Below are positions 28,971 through 39,305 of a stretch of DNA of 64,000 nucleotides, piece by piece. Under the pieces are notes generated by a model that worked only from the letters and a program-made list of their open reading frames with translations, ran no database searches and had not been told where the DNA came from. How positions within the stretch are numbered: the stretch's first letter is position 1; every line of letters starts with the position of its first letter. The position numbers were made by a program, and so were the translations under genes. Location of the stretch: contig JAJSAH010000017.1 in the NCBI GenBank assembly GCA_024274875.1, forward strand, positions 34,897-98,896, written 5' to 3'. Source of the DNA: an archaeon. Its GTDB lineage: Archaea; Micrarchaeota; Micrarchaeia; CAILAH01.

Positions 28971-29351
28971 ATGAAACGGAAGAATATGTATTTGAAAGGC
29001 GCTCGGTTTGAAAGAGAGCTTGCAAACTATTTAGTTGAGAAAGGGTTTATGGTTGTTAGGTCAGCGGGCTCAGGAGTTTATAGGACTGCTCCTGACCTCC
29101 TCGCATTCAAGAAACATGAGCATTATGCATTTGAATGCAAAGCTTGGAGCAGCGATCGCTTAAGCTTGAAGAAGGATCAGTATGATTTATTGAAAGAATG
29201 GGAGGAGAACACAGGAATATCTGTGTATATTGCATGGAAGATTCCTAAGGCCGGATGGAGATTCATCAAACCGTGCGAGCTCAACCAAAGCCGCGCGATA
29301 GCATTGAAAGATGCATTATTGATTAACAGAACTGTTGATGAGCTGGTGTGA
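28971..29351 (+). CDS. hjc: Holliday junction resolvase Hjc
   Basis: 126 aa containing KGARFERELANYL...VVRSAGSG...DLLAF...FECK. Confidence 0.85.
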   Translation: MKRKNMYLKGARFERELANYLVEKGFMVVRSAGSGVYRTAPDLLAFKKHEHYAFECKAWSSDRLSLKKDQYDLLKEWEENTGISVYIAWKIPKAGWRFIKPCELNQSRAIALKDALLINRTVDELV

Positions 29352-29353
29352 GA

Positions 29354-30349
29354 ATGCTTGCAGTAAAAGTTTTGCCTAAATTTGCTGAGAGTGTTAGGAG
29401 GCAACTTGCTGAAAAAGGCCTGATCAACAACAATTATGAGATAAAGAAAGAGAATGGGTATATATTCATTCCGCTTATTGAAACTGCCCAGGACATTCGC
29501 ATTTCCCACGGAAGCATAGTTAATGCAGTATTTTCAAGGAGAAGGATATTTCCGAAAAAACTTTCTGAAGCGGTGGGGATTAAAGGGTTGAGAGCATTCG
29601 ATGTTGTTGGCGATATTGCAATCATCGAGGTGCCTGAAAAGTACAGGAATCTTGAAGAAAAGATTGGGGAAGCGATACTAAACCTTCATAAAAATATTAA
29701 GACAGTGGTTGCTAAGGGGAGTTGCGTGCATGGAGAGTATAGAGTAAGAGAGGTTAGGCATATTGCTGGGGATAGGAAAACCATAACATATCATAAAGAG
29801 CACGGATGCGTATTCAAAATAGATGTGTCAAAGATTTATTTTTCACCCCGGCTTTCGCACGAACGGCTGCGCATAGCAAATCAGGTGAAAGATGGGGAAC
29901 ATATCCTTGCGCTGTTTGCGGGCGTAGCCCCTTTTCCCATTATAATTGCAAAACGAAAGAATGTTATTGCATATTCAATCGAGCTAAATCCTTTAGGTCA
30001 CGAATACGCAATCGAAAACATAAAAATGAATAAGGTTTCTGGCAGAGTGATTGCTGTTAAAGGCGATGTAAAAGAAATTCTGAAAGATGAGAAATTTAAC
30101 AGATGGGCTGACAGAATAATCATGCCCTTGCCAAAAGATGCAGTGAACTTCATTCCCTATGTTATCCATGCCGCAAAAAGCGGATGCATTATGCATATAT
30201 ATTTGTTCTGCCGCAGAGATGGGATTGAACGCATGGAATCCAAGGTGCTGGAATTAATAGGCAGGCCTGCAAAAGTGATTGGAATGCGAAAAGTGAGAAC
30301 ATACTCTCCTGAGAAGGACCAGTATGTGATGGATGTTAAAATCTCTTGA
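29354..30349 (+). CDS. trm5: tRNA (guanine37-N1)-methyltransferase Trm5/Taw22 family (Met-10+ like)
   Basis: Contains FDVVGDIAIIEVPE, YFSPRLSHERLRIA and FAGVAPF. The start could instead be GTG 29348, which overlaps the hjc stop. Confidence 0.8.
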   Translation: MLAVKVLPKFAESVRRQLAEKGLINNNYEIKKENGYIFIPLIETAQDIRISHGSIVNAVFSRRRIFPKKLSEAVGIKGLRAFDVVGDIAIIEVPEKYRNLEEKIGEAILNLHKNIKTVVAKGSCVHGEYRVREVRHIAGDRKTITYHKEHGCVFKIDVSKIYFSPRLSHERLRIANQVKDGEHILALFAGVAPFPIIIAKRKNVIAYSIELNPLGHEYAIENIKMNKVSGRVIAVKGDVKEILKDEKFNRWADRIIMPLPKDAVNFIPYVIHAAKSGCIMHIYLFCRRDGIERMESKVLELIGRPAKVIGMRKVRTYSPEKDQYVMDVKIS

Positions 30350-30779
30350 TGCCTGATATGTTAGAGCGAGCAGATGAGAGAATTGCATCTGCCGTGTTTT
30401 GCATGTCCATAACAGCTTTTTCATACATCTTCTTTTTTCTGTCAAGGTTTACGTTCGATGCGTATATGCTTTCCAGCTCAAGCAGAGAAGTTTTGTATGC
30501 AAGATCAAGATCGTTGAGAGATGATGCAACTATTTTGCTAACCTGCGGATTTCTTGAGCTTGAATAAATATCCTGCAGTTCAGACGATGATGCGAAATAA
30601 ATGTTATCGAGTTTCTTGCGGGTGTTTCGCTTTATTCCCGTCTCGCTGAAAATGTCTCCTATTGCTTTAAACCCACGCATAATCAACGAGTAAACGCTGC
30701 TGACCTTCCTTTCCTCTTTTATGAGCTCCTCAGCCTGCTCTTTGGCTCTGATATCATCTTTTTTGACAATCTTATTCAT
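30336..30779 (-). CDS. Hypothetical helical protein
   Basis: 147-aa ORF. No motif recognised. Confidence 0.4.
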   Translation of the reverse strand: MNKIVKKDDIRAKEQAEELIKEERKVSSVYSLIMRGFKAIGDIFSETGIKRNTRKKLDNIYFASSSELQDIYSSSRNPQVSKIVASSLNDLDLAYKTSLLELESIYASNVNLDRKKKMYEKAVMDMQNTADAILSSARSNISGIKRF

Positions 30780-30809
30780 ACAAAACAGTATCTCAAAAAT
30801 GTTTTTTAA

Positions 30810-31928
30810 ATGTATATTCCTAACAAACTTATGGAAGTTGCCGACTTAGAGTATTATTATTTAGCAAAGGAAATGAATGAGAAGCTGAGCGGTTGCAGGA
30901 TTAAAAAAGTGTTCCAGATTTCTGAGAATGCGTTCAAGATTAATGTTGCGGGGGCTAATGGAAAGCATGAGATGCTCATAAAACTGCCTGAATACGCTAC
31001 ATTGACTTCTAGAGAAATTGCTGCTCCAAAAACACCATCAAATTTCTCTATGCTGTTAAGAAAGCAGTTATCCAATGGAATAATTGCCTGCGTCAAGCAG
31101 CACGATTTTGAGAGGATAATTGAGATTGAGGTGGGAGCAGGAGAGATGATGCGCAAACTTATACTTGAGCTGTTCTCCAAAGGAAATATCATAATATGCA
31201 ATGATAAGGAAATAATTACTGCGCTGTATAGGAAGGAGGAATGGAAAAGCAGGGTTATAAGAAAAGGAATAAAGTATGAATATCCGCCTGCAAAAATTTC
31301 CCCTTTCGATGCAAAACCTGAACACTTGGGCTTAAACTCAAAAAACACAATTATGGCTGGCGTGCTGTCCCAAGTATCGCTTGGCCCAAAATACCTAGAA
31401 GAAGCATTCGCGCGCGTTGGAATCAATCCTGCGATGAAGGTTGAGCTGTCTGATAACGAAAAGCAATGCCTGCATCAAGCAATTTTAGAAGTGTGCAGCG
31501 AGGGAACATTCATTATGTATTTAAAGGATGGCGCGCCCACAGATTATGCTGTGTGCAACCTGTCAAAGTACAAAAATTATGAACATAAAATATTCGATTC
31601 AGCCGCTGAATTGATTGATGCATTCTATTCGCCTGCGGAAACCAGTGCTTCAGATGAAACCTCTGAAAAAAAAGATGAAATCATTGCGCATCAATTTGCT
31701 GAGAGATTAAACGCGCTCAAATTCGAGGCGCAGTTATCCAGAGCTAAGGGAGATTGCATATATGAGCACTTTTCTGAGATTGAGGAGTTAGTTGAGGAGA
31801 TAAGAGCGCTCAGAAAAAAAGGCATGAATGATACGGAGATAAACAAACTGATTGATAAAAAGTTTCCAGGCATGCGCGCAATTATTAAAGGAAACACGCT
31901 GAAAATTAAGATGAAAGCGCGAGAGTGA
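30810..31928 (+). CDS. NFACT-N (FbpA/Rqc2-NEMF-like) protein lacking the NFACT-R/DUF814 region
   Basis: The N-terminus L..E...L.G.RI.KVFQ...F.I followed by an HhH-like segment follows the NFACT-N pattern. At 372 aa it is much shorter than the ~650 aa I recall for typical archaeal homologues. Confidence 0.65.
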   Translation: MYIPNKLMEVADLEYYYLAKEMNEKLSGCRIKKVFQISENAFKINVAGANGKHEMLIKLPEYATLTSREIAAPKTPSNFSMLLRKQLSNGIIACVKQHDFERIIEIEVGAGEMMRKLILELFSKGNIIICNDKEIITALYRKEEWKSRVIRKGIKYEYPPAKISPFDAKPEHLGLNSKNTIMAGVLSQVSLGPKYLEEAFARVGINPAMKVELSDNEKQCLHQAILEVCSEGTFIMYLKDGAPTDYAVCNLSKYKNYEHKIFDSAAELIDAFYSPAETSASDETSEKKDEIIAHQFAERLNALKFEAQLSRAKGDCIYEHFSEIEELVEEIRALRKKGMNDTEINKLIDKKFPGMRAIIKGNTLKIKMKARE

Positions 31929-31932
31929 GAAT

Positions 31933-33564
31933 ATGGTTAGGTACCTGATTACTGCAGCATTGCCCTATGCAAACGGTCCTTTGCACCTTGGGCATTTGAG
32001 GAGCACATATCTTCCAGCAGATATATATACGCGGTTTTTAAGGATGAATGGCGAGGATGTTTTGTTCGTATGCGCAACTGATGAGCACGGCACGCCCATT
32101 GTTGTAAATGCGGAGAAGGCTGGCAAAACCCCAAAGGAAATTGTTGATTATTATCATAAATATGATAAGGAACTGTTCGAGAGGTTAGGGTTTTCGTTCG
32201 ATTCATTCCACAGGACATCAAGCGAGGAGAATGCCAGAATGACTCAGCATTTTTTTAAAAGAATGAAAGAGAACGGATTTGTTGAAGAGAGGAGTGTTGA
32301 GCAGTTATACTGCGAAAAATGCGGTCGCGCGCTTCCTGACAGATTGGTTATTGGGGCTTGCCCGCATTGCAATGCTGGGAACCAGTACGGAGACCAATGC
32401 GAGAAATGCGGGCATGTGTTAAAAGGAAGCTCGCTCATCAACCCGCAATGCTCCGCATGCGGTTCAAAGCCTGCAATTAAAACATCAAGGCATTATTTCT
32501 TTGCGTTGCATAAATTCAGCGGGAAACTTAAGGAATGGATCGAGAAAAATGAGGCATTTCAAAAAGAGGTTAAAAATTATGTAATTAACTGGATAGAATC
32601 CGGACTTCATGATTGGGATATAACAAGAAATTTAGACTGGGGAATAAAAGTGCCTGGCGCTGAAAACCTTGTGTTTTATGTATGGTTCGATGCTCCTATC
32701 GGATACATAAGCTCAACCGTTGCGCGCACAAAAGAATGGGAGAAATACTGGAAAGATGAAGGATCGCGGGTAGTGCATTTTATTGGTAAGGATATCAGCT
32801 ACCACCATTACTTATTCTGGCCTGCAATGCTTATGAGCGTTGAGGAGGGGTTTGTTCTCCCGCATGCGATACCTGTGCGCGGATATTTAAACTTAGAGGG
32901 AAAAAAATTCTCTAAAAGCAGAGGATGGTATGTATCAGTTGAGGAGTTTTTATCCATGTTTCCTGCTGACTACCTAAGATTTTATGAGACTATGATTACC
33001 CCGTATACTACTGCTGATGCAGATTTTTACTGGAAAGATTTTATGTCAAGAATCAACAATGAGTTGGTTGCAAATGTGGGCAATTTTATGTACCGCACGC
33101 TATCTCTGATAAAAAGAAGCTATGATGTTCCGATGAATTTTGGGCATGTTGATGAAAACATAATGAAAAGAGTTAAGGAACGAAGCGATGAGATTTCAGG
33201 CAAAATGCACGCATTCCAACTGAAAGAATCGCTTGATTCAATTCTTGCATTATCATCTGAGTTGAATGCGTATCTCAGCGCCAACGAACCGTGGAAAAAG
33301 GATGGTGAGGAGAAACTGCGCATACTTTCAACTGCATTGTATGGCGCATATTCGTTATCTATCATGCTTTACCCTTTCATTCCCCACGCTTCAGAAGAGA
33401 TATGGAAACAGCTTGGGGTGCGCAAATTGATGTGGAAGGATTTATGCAAAACTCCAAAGGAAGCAGGAATAAAAGAAGTTGTCGAGGTCAAACCCATATT
33501 CTCAAAAATCGACAGCAAATTGATTGAGCAGCTTGAAATAAAACTGCGCAAAGGGCAGATTTAA
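31933..33564 (+). CDS. metG: Methionyl-tRNA synthetase
   Basis: HIGH-type motif PYANGPLHLGH, a KMSKS variant KFSKS, and a Zn knuckle CPHC...CEKC. Confidence 0.95.
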   Translation: MVRYLITAALPYANGPLHLGHLRSTYLPADIYTRFLRMNGEDVLFVCATDEHGTPIVVNAEKAGKTPKEIVDYYHKYDKELFERLGFSFDSFHRTSSEENARMTQHFFKRMKENGFVEERSVEQLYCEKCGRALPDRLVIGACPHCNAGNQYGDQCEKCGHVLKGSSLINPQCSACGSKPAIKTSRHYFFALHKFSGKLKEWIEKNEAFQKEVKNYVINWIESGLHDWDITRNLDWGIKVPGAENLVFYVWFDAPIGYISSTVARTKEWEKYWKDEGSRVVHFIGKDISYHHYLFWPAMLMSVEEGFVLPHAIPVRGYLNLEGKKFSKSRGWYVSVEEFLSMFPADYLRFYETMITPYTTADADFYWKDFMSRINNELVANVGNFMYRTLSLIKRSYDVPMNFGHVDENIMKRVKERSDEISGKMHAFQLKESLDSILALSSELNAYLSANEPWKKDGEEKLRILSTALYGAYSLSIMLYPFIPHASEEIWKQLGVRKLMWKDLCKTPKEAGIKEVVEVKPIFSKIDSKLIEQLEIKLRKGQI

Positions 33565-33613
33565 ATATATTTCCTCCAATATGTTATGTGTATAATCAAT
33601 ATGTGGTGATGGT

Positions 33614-33874
33614 ATGCCTAAGTATGTAATTGCAAAGCAGCTTGCGGGGAAGAAGATCATAACCAGTGATGGTGAAGATGTTGGAAGGCTTGTGGATATA
33701 AAGATTGCTGAGACGGGGGGAAGGTTGCAGACGCTGGTTCTTGAGCCTAATTATGACAGCCCTATCGCATCTAAGTTGGAGAAGGATGAGCAGGGCCATT
33801 CATTGCTGCCTTACGATGCAGTCATGGCGGTATCTGATTTTATTATTGTCGATAAGAAAACCCTCTCAGTTTGA
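33614..33874 (+). CDS. PRC-barrel domain protein
   Basis: 86 aa containing GKKIITSDGEDVGRLVDIKIAETGG.L..LVLEP. Confidence 0.6.
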   Translation: MPKYVIAKQLAGKKIITSDGEDVGRLVDIKIAETGGRLQTLVLEPNYDSPIASKLEKDEQGHSLLPYDAVMAVSDFIIVDKKTLSV

Positions 33875-33879
33875 TTTTT

Positions 33880-34518
33880 ATGATTGCAGGCATCGATGAA
33901 GCTGGCAGGGGGGCGGTTCTCGGTCCCCTATGCATAGCATTGGTTTGCGGGGAAGAGGAGGATTTTAAATCGCTCGAGCTTGCGGATTCAAAGTTGCTCA
34001 CTAGGAGTGAGAGGGAGGAGCTGTATCCTGAAATACGAAAAAAATTCTATGCTGCGCACGTGCTCATACATGCACCAGAGTTGAATGAATTAATGAAAAG
34101 GTTCTCGCTCAATGAGATCGAAGCGATGAAAGCCGCATATTTAGTTAATGAAATGCCATCCGCCCCAGAACTAATCTATGTTGACTCGCCTGATCCGCAT
34201 GCGGACAGTTTTAGGTTGCGGATGCTTAGGCATATGTCAAGAGATATGAATATCTGCGCAGAGCATAAAGCAGATTTCAACTACCCAGTTGTAAGCGCGG
34301 CATCAATCGTAGCAAAAGTTTTGAGAGACTGGGAGATAGATAAAATACGTGATGAGATTGGTGTTGATTTTTCATCAGGTTATCCGTCGGATAATAGCAC
34401 AATCGCTGCTGTGAAGCACATGCTGAAAACTGAAGATGGAAAAAAGTATGTTCGCATGAGATGGAGCACGGTTGAAAGGATAATGGCAAACCAAAAGAAA
34501 TTGCAGGATTATTTTTGA
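33880..34518 (+). CDS. rnhB: Ribonuclease HII
   Basis: Contains GIDEAGRGAVLGPL and DSKLL. The track ORF begins at TTG 33871, which overlaps the upstream stop. Confidence 0.9.
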   Translation: MIAGIDEAGRGAVLGPLCIALVCGEEEDFKSLELADSKLLTRSEREELYPEIRKKFYAAHVLIHAPELNELMKRFSLNEIEAMKAAYLVNEMPSAPELIYVDSPDPHADSFRLRMLRHMSRDMNICAEHKADFNYPVVSAASIVAKVLRDWEIDKIRDEIGVDFSSGYPSDNSTIAAVKHMLKTEDGKKYVRMRWSTVERIMANQKKLQDYF

Positions 34519-35846
34519 ACTTGGTTGCGCACGGCCTCTCCAAAAACGCGCAAAAATTGATTGAGTTTATCTGGCTCAATCGTTGCGCCGGCTGCAATGT
34601 CATGCCCCCCACCTACGCCTATCCCTGCGCTGCACGATTCAGACAACGCTTTTCCTAAATCAAGCCCGTTGTCTATTAGGGATTTTGTGCCTCGCGCGCT
34701 CACTTTTATCATGCCTTCCTTATCTAACGCAATCGCGAGTATGGGTTTGGTTCGGTCAACACTTGAGTACAACATGCCTGCCACAACGCCTATTACTCCA
34801 TCATCAATCACGCCGCGCGCATCAAGAAAATAAAATATGCCAAAATCAGCAACCTTATTCAGCGCATACTCAATCCCTTCCCTAAGCACTTTCCTATGGT
34901 ATTCCAGCATTGATTTTGCACGTTCATATGCGCCCTGCCGCATTAATAGAGTGTTAACCCCAACATCAGGTTTGTCATGCCTGCCGCACGCGTTCAGAAG
35001 CGTTGAAAATTCGCTTGCATCCCTTAACTCTGTGCGTTCGGGAAAATTCAACAATTCATACACTTCAGATATTATGTGCTCTGCATCATATCTCCTTCCT
35101 CTATTGTATAGATATGCTACAAGAGCGCTCCTCAAGGTCCTCTTTTCATATTCAGAAAGATCGCTGTATGCTCTCCATTCATCTCCATTCTTTAATTCTA
35201 TACCTATCTCGTTGTAGAATGCGATCACATTCTGCTCATTGTTTGTGAGTCCAGGGAAGTATGGATCAACAGAATACGTAAGAAAAGGCACCAAAGTCCT
35301 GCTTACGCGCCCAAATATGTTCAAATCATTGTATGCTCTAAGAACACCTGCCTCTTCGCCATCTTTAAGCATGCGCCTATTCCATCCTATCAACGGAAAC
35401 TGCATATCGCCAACTGAACCAACTACTCCGTAAGGCGCGAACTCCTTCACATTAAAAACAAAATATGCAGCCGATGCGCTGCACATCTCATGCGAGCCAT
35501 CTATGCCATGCATGCGCGGGTTTACTTCAAGAATGGATGACTGCTCTCCCTGATGATGATCTATTATTACAAATGTTTTATCCATTCTTTCAAGCGATTC
35601 CGTTTGAGCTGAACCCAAATCCACAAGTATAACATTCTTTTCCTTCCTGCCTGCAATCAATTCCAGTTCTTTATCCGCAAGCTTGCGAACGCAAATCCTG
35701 CTATAACTTTTGCCCATTCTTTCGAGCGCAGCCGCAGTCAGCGCGCCGCTGCTCAACCCATCCGCGTCATAATGATGCACCAAAAGATAATTATCGCGCG
35801 AGCTTATATGCTCCCTTGCCTCTTTGCACGCGTCAAGAAATGACAT
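34509..35846 (-). CDS. DHH/DHHA1 phosphoesterase, archaeal RecJ/GAN-like
   Basis: Contains HHYDADGLSS, DLG, IIDHH and GGGHDIAAG. Confidence 0.8.
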   Translation of the reverse strand: MSFLDACKEAREHISSRDNYLLVHHYDADGLSSGALTAAALERMGKSYSRICVRKLADKELELIAGRKEKNVILVDLGSAQTESLERMDKTFVIIDHHQGEQSSILEVNPRMHGIDGSHEMCSASAAYFVFNVKEFAPYGVVGSVGDMQFPLIGWNRRMLKDGEEAGVLRAYNDLNIFGRVSRTLVPFLTYSVDPYFPGLTNNEQNVIAFYNEIGIELKNGDEWRAYSDLSEYEKRTLRSALVAYLYNRGRRYDAEHIISEVYELLNFPERTELRDASEFSTLLNACGRHDKPDVGVNTLLMRQGAYERAKSMLEYHRKVLREGIEYALNKVADFGIFYFLDARGVIDDGVIGVVAGMLYSSVDRTKPILAIALDKEGMIKVSARGTKSLIDNGLDLGKALSESCSAGIGVGGGHDIAAGATIEPDKLNQFLRVFGEAVRNQVQK

Positions 35847-35899
35847 AAATATGAATATGTTGATTTAATTAATAATTGTTTTTGCAGAAATGCTCCTGT

Positions 35900-36535
35900 A
35901 TGAGGATTGACTGGAAAGCCGCATACCTGCTGTATCTGTTGTTTGCTGGTTCGCTGCTTGCGCCTGCTATATTGGCTCCCGTGTTTGCAACTGCTGGAGT
36001 CGATTATTTTGCAGCAGTTATATATAACTTCACAAAACCTTTATGCCACCAATACATATACAGATCCTATTGCATTTTCAACAGCAACGGAACGCTGAGC
36101 GTGGAAGAATGCATCCCGAAAAGCGAAGAGAATGCAAGCTTTGTGCAGACAAAATTTTCCGGAAGGGTTTCCAACCTAAGCAAGTTTGTGTACAGGAGAG
36201 AAGATGTTGGAGTGAATAGAAGCGAGTATGTGGAAAGATACGGCAAGCGAGGATATAAGTTCGCAGTTTGCGCAAGAGACCTTTTTCAGTATGCAGGTTT
36301 GTTGGTCGCTGCAATTGCATACATTCCATTAAGGAAACATGTTAAGTCGCTTCCATCAACGCTGTACATCGTGATTGCAGTTATTCCGCTTGCGATCGAT
36401 GGAACAGGGCAGATGATTGGGTTATGGGAAAGTTTGAATGTTATGAGAGCGATAACTGGGTTCATCGCAGGAACAGTGCTGGGATATTACATACTGTTCC
36501 TTCTTGCAGACATATTCGAAAACCTAAAATTCTAG
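35900..36535 (+). CDS. DUF2085-like integral membrane protein
   Basis: Contains the CHQ..YRS motif (KPLCHQYIYRSY) and several TM segments. Confidence 0.6.
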   Translation: MRIDWKAAYLLYLLFAGSLLAPAILAPVFATAGVDYFAAVIYNFTKPLCHQYIYRSYCIFNSNGTLSVEECIPKSEENASFVQTKFSGRVSNLSKFVYRREDVGVNRSEYVERYGKRGYKFAVCARDLFQYAGLLVAAIAYIPLRKHVKSLPSTLYIVIAVIPLAIDGTGQMIGLWESLNVMRAITGFIAGTVLGYYILFLLADIFENLKF

Positions 36536-36570
36536 AATCATTTTTAAATATTAATGGTTCTAATCCACTT

Positions 36571-37989
36571 ATGGATTATTTGAGTTTCGGCACTACCGCC
36601 GAAATAAAAGTTCCTAAGAATCCATTAGAGCAAGTTATAGGGCAGGAGCATGTGCTTGAGATTGCTCACATAGTTGCGAGGCAGAAGCGCCATCTGTTGT
36701 TGGTTGGGCCTCCAGGAACTGGGAAAAGTTTTATTGCGGGCGCGATTGCATCGCTCATCCCGCCGCCTACTCAGCAGATTGCAGTGGTCAGCAATGAAGA
36801 CAACCCCGACAGGCCGATTTTGGAGATTAAAACACGGGAACTGATTGAGAAAGAAAAGCGCGAGATGAGGCGCGCTAAATTGGTTGACCCGCGTGATGTT
36901 CCGTATTATGTTTCAGAAAGGTTGGGGTTCAGATGCAGGAAATGCGGGACAATCAGTGATCCTGAATCAAACATATGTTTATATTGCGGTGCTGAAAAAT
37001 ACCGAAAAACCAAGAATATTGAGGATATGTTCTCTGATATGCCGCGCATAACCCGCGATGATAAAGTGTTCATGAAGCGCAGAAATGGAAAAAGTGGTGA
37101 AGAGGAATATATATATGAGCGCAGGGGAAACAAGGTTAAGGTATACAAAAGCAAGCTCATGGATATTTATGAACAGCAAAGAAAGGTTATAGTGCCTATA
37201 GATAGGAAAACATTCGTGCAAGCGACTGGTGCAAGCGAAGCTGAATTGCTTGGTGATGTGAGGCATGATCCGTATGGAGGGCATCCTGAGATAGGGATAC
37301 CGCCTCATGAGCGCGTAATTCCCGGCGCAATACACGAAGCGCATGAAGGCGTGCTTTTTATAGATGAGTTGTCAACGCTCGGCGAACTGCAAAGATATCT
37401 TCTAACAGCTATGCAAGAAAAGAAATTTCCCATACTCGGCAGGAACACGACAAGCACAGGAGCAGTTGTTAGAGTGGATAATGTGCCATGCGATTTTGTG
37501 CTCGTTGGCGCAATAAACATAAATGATGTAGGTTCAATACTTCCGCCGCTTAGATCGCGAATTATCGGTTCGGGTTATGAGGTATTGCTGAACACTGTTA
37601 TGGAGGACTGCGATGAAAACCGTATGAAACTCGTGCAGTTCACTGCACAAGAGATAAGCAAAGATAAGAGGATACCTCACGCAACTGCTGATGCATGCGA
37701 ACAAATAATAAGGGAGGCGCAGTTAAGGGCAAGGCAGATTGATGGGAAGGATGGCCTGACCTTGCGATTGAGAGATTTAAGCGGAATTATTAAGATGGCA
37801 GGCGATATAGCAATTGTAGAGAGCTCAGAAACAATAGATAAAAATCATGTGCGCAAAGCAATACAAAGGGCAAGGTCTATTGAAGAACAGCTTTTGGATA
37901 GTTATGGAAGCGCATGGAAAGCAGGAATGAGCGATTATGCTACGCTCAGAAGGAAAAAGAGAGATGGATTCACAAGCGAGATTATATAA
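36571..37989 (+). CDS. LonB-like AAA+ ATPase without a protease domain. A Zn-ribbon insert sits where LonB has its TM hairpin.
   Basis: Contains VIGQEHV...LLLVGPPGTGKSF (Walker A), VLFIDEL (Walker B) and the CRKCG...CLYCG insert. The protein ends about 25 aa after the AAA+ lid, and I could find no Ser-Lys protease region. Confidence 0.72.
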   Translation: MDYLSFGTTAEIKVPKNPLEQVIGQEHVLEIAHIVARQKRHLLLVGPPGTGKSFIAGAIASLIPPPTQQIAVVSNEDNPDRPILEIKTRELIEKEKREMRRAKLVDPRDVPYYVSERLGFRCRKCGTISDPESNICLYCGAEKYRKTKNIEDMFSDMPRITRDDKVFMKRRNGKSGEEEYIYERRGNKVKVYKSKLMDIYEQQRKVIVPIDRKTFVQATGASEAELLGDVRHDPYGGHPEIGIPPHERVIPGAIHEAHEGVLFIDELSTLGELQRYLLTAMQEKKFPILGRNTTSTGAVVRVDNVPCDFVLVGAININDVGSILPPLRSRIIGSGYEVLLNTVMEDCDENRMKLVQFTAQEISKDKRIPHATADACEQIIREAQLRARQIDGKDGLTLRLRDLSGIIKMAGDIAIVESSETIDKNHVRKAIQRARSIEEQLLDSYGSAWKAGMSDYATLRRKKRDGFTSEII

Positions 37990-39171
37990 TTAAGAAAACA
38001 TTTTTTCGATTATTTCCTTAATTTTGCGCGCATCGTATGTTAGCTTAATGAATCTTGTCTGGCCTCGCGTGCCTTTGCCCGATGATGAGAGCGTAATCAA
38101 GCCAAGCATGTCTAAATCGTGCAAATATTCCGAAAACCATCTTGCGCTCCGCGGAGAAACATTGAGCGATTTGCACGCGTTTGAATAACTCTCATAAACT
38201 TCACCAGACATGAATACATCTTTCCCGTCATCGCCAAGGCGCTTGTATGAACTGCCTTTCAGTTGCAGCAAGGATATGCCATACAGCGCAATTTGCTCAT
38301 GCTGCGGAAGCGTGGCGATTGCCTCCACAACCAAATCTTCATCAACACTGCGCCTAGCCTGCTCAACATGGCCTTCAGTAACCTTGGCATCGCAATTATC
38401 ATTCGCAAGCATACCTGCTTTATGGATCAGCTTTAAAGCGTATCTTGCATCGCCAGTCTCCCTTGCAGCAAGCGCGGCAGCCATGCGGAGCGCCGCCTGG
38501 TCGCAGGTTCCCTTCTTAAACGCGTTTTCAGCGCGCTGCTTTATGATTTCATACAATTGCGTAGCGTTGTACGGGCGGAACACAATCTCCTTCTCATATA
38601 GGGCGCTTTTGCTGCGCGGATCAAGCTTATCTTTAAAATGCAGCCTGTTAGATATGCCAATTATGGAAATGCTTCCCTGCTCAAGCTCATCATTAATGCG
38701 GGTTAAAGTGTAAACTAAATCATCAACATCCCTAACCATATCCACTTCATCGAGCACTACCACCAAATGCATGTTATTTTCTTCAACCCATTCCAACATC
38801 GATTCATACAACTTCGATAAGGGGTAGCCGATCTTTGCTTCATACCTGCATATCTCGCTCACAACTTTAAACACAATTTTATAGCGAGAATCATAAATCC
38901 TGCAGTTCATGTATTTCATCAAAGCATTCTTCTTCATCTGATTAAACTTATCCATAACGCTTTTTGAACAGCAGGTTTTCCCTGTGCCCGTTTTGCCGTA
39001 CAAAAACATGTTTTTTGGTTTGGTGTTCTTGAGCGCAGGCATAACCGTTTTCATTATAGATTCAATTTCTTTCTCTCTGTGAGGCAGCACCTCTGGAACA
39101 TAATGCGGCGATAGGACATTCATATCGTTGAAAATTCCACTCTGTTGCATGAGATCTTCAAACGTTAACAT
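37990..39171 (-). CDS. cdc6: Orc1/Cdc6 replication initiator
   Basis: Contains LYGKTGTGKT (Walker A), VVLDEVD (Walker B) and a C-terminal winged helix. ATG 39171 is preferred. Confidence 0.92.
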   Translation of the reverse strand: MLTFEDLMQQSGIFNDMNVLSPHYVPEVLPHREKEIESIMKTVMPALKNTKPKNMFLYGKTGTGKTCCSKSVMDKFNQMKKNALMKYMNCRIYDSRYKIVFKVVSEICRYEAKIGYPLSKLYESMLEWVEENNMHLVVVLDEVDMVRDVDDLVYTLTRINDELEQGSISIIGISNRLHFKDKLDPRSKSALYEKEIVFRPYNATQLYEIIKQRAENAFKKGTCDQAALRMAAALAARETGDARYALKLIHKAGMLANDNCDAKVTEGHVEQARRSVDEDLVVEAIATLPQHEQIALYGISLLQLKGSSYKRLGDDGKDVFMSGEVYESYSNACKSLNVSPRSARWFSEYLHDLDMLGLITLSSSGKGTRGQTRFIKLTYDARKIKEIIEKMFS

Positions 39172-39305
39172 GGATACCCTCCAAAAAGCCGTGAGTATTT
39201 TAGAGCAGTAAAACAATATATACTTAATTCGCCTTAGCGAAACGCTGCGCGAGAAGGCATTACATCTTTATATTCTTTATTGTTCCAATATAATACGGTG
39301 GTATC

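Noticed and set aside
39172-39305. A replication origin next to orc1/cdc6
   Set aside because: The spacer is only about 130 bp. I see a single GTTCCA-like half-site and no repeated ORB elements or extended AT-rich unwinding region. An origin here cannot be supported from sequence.
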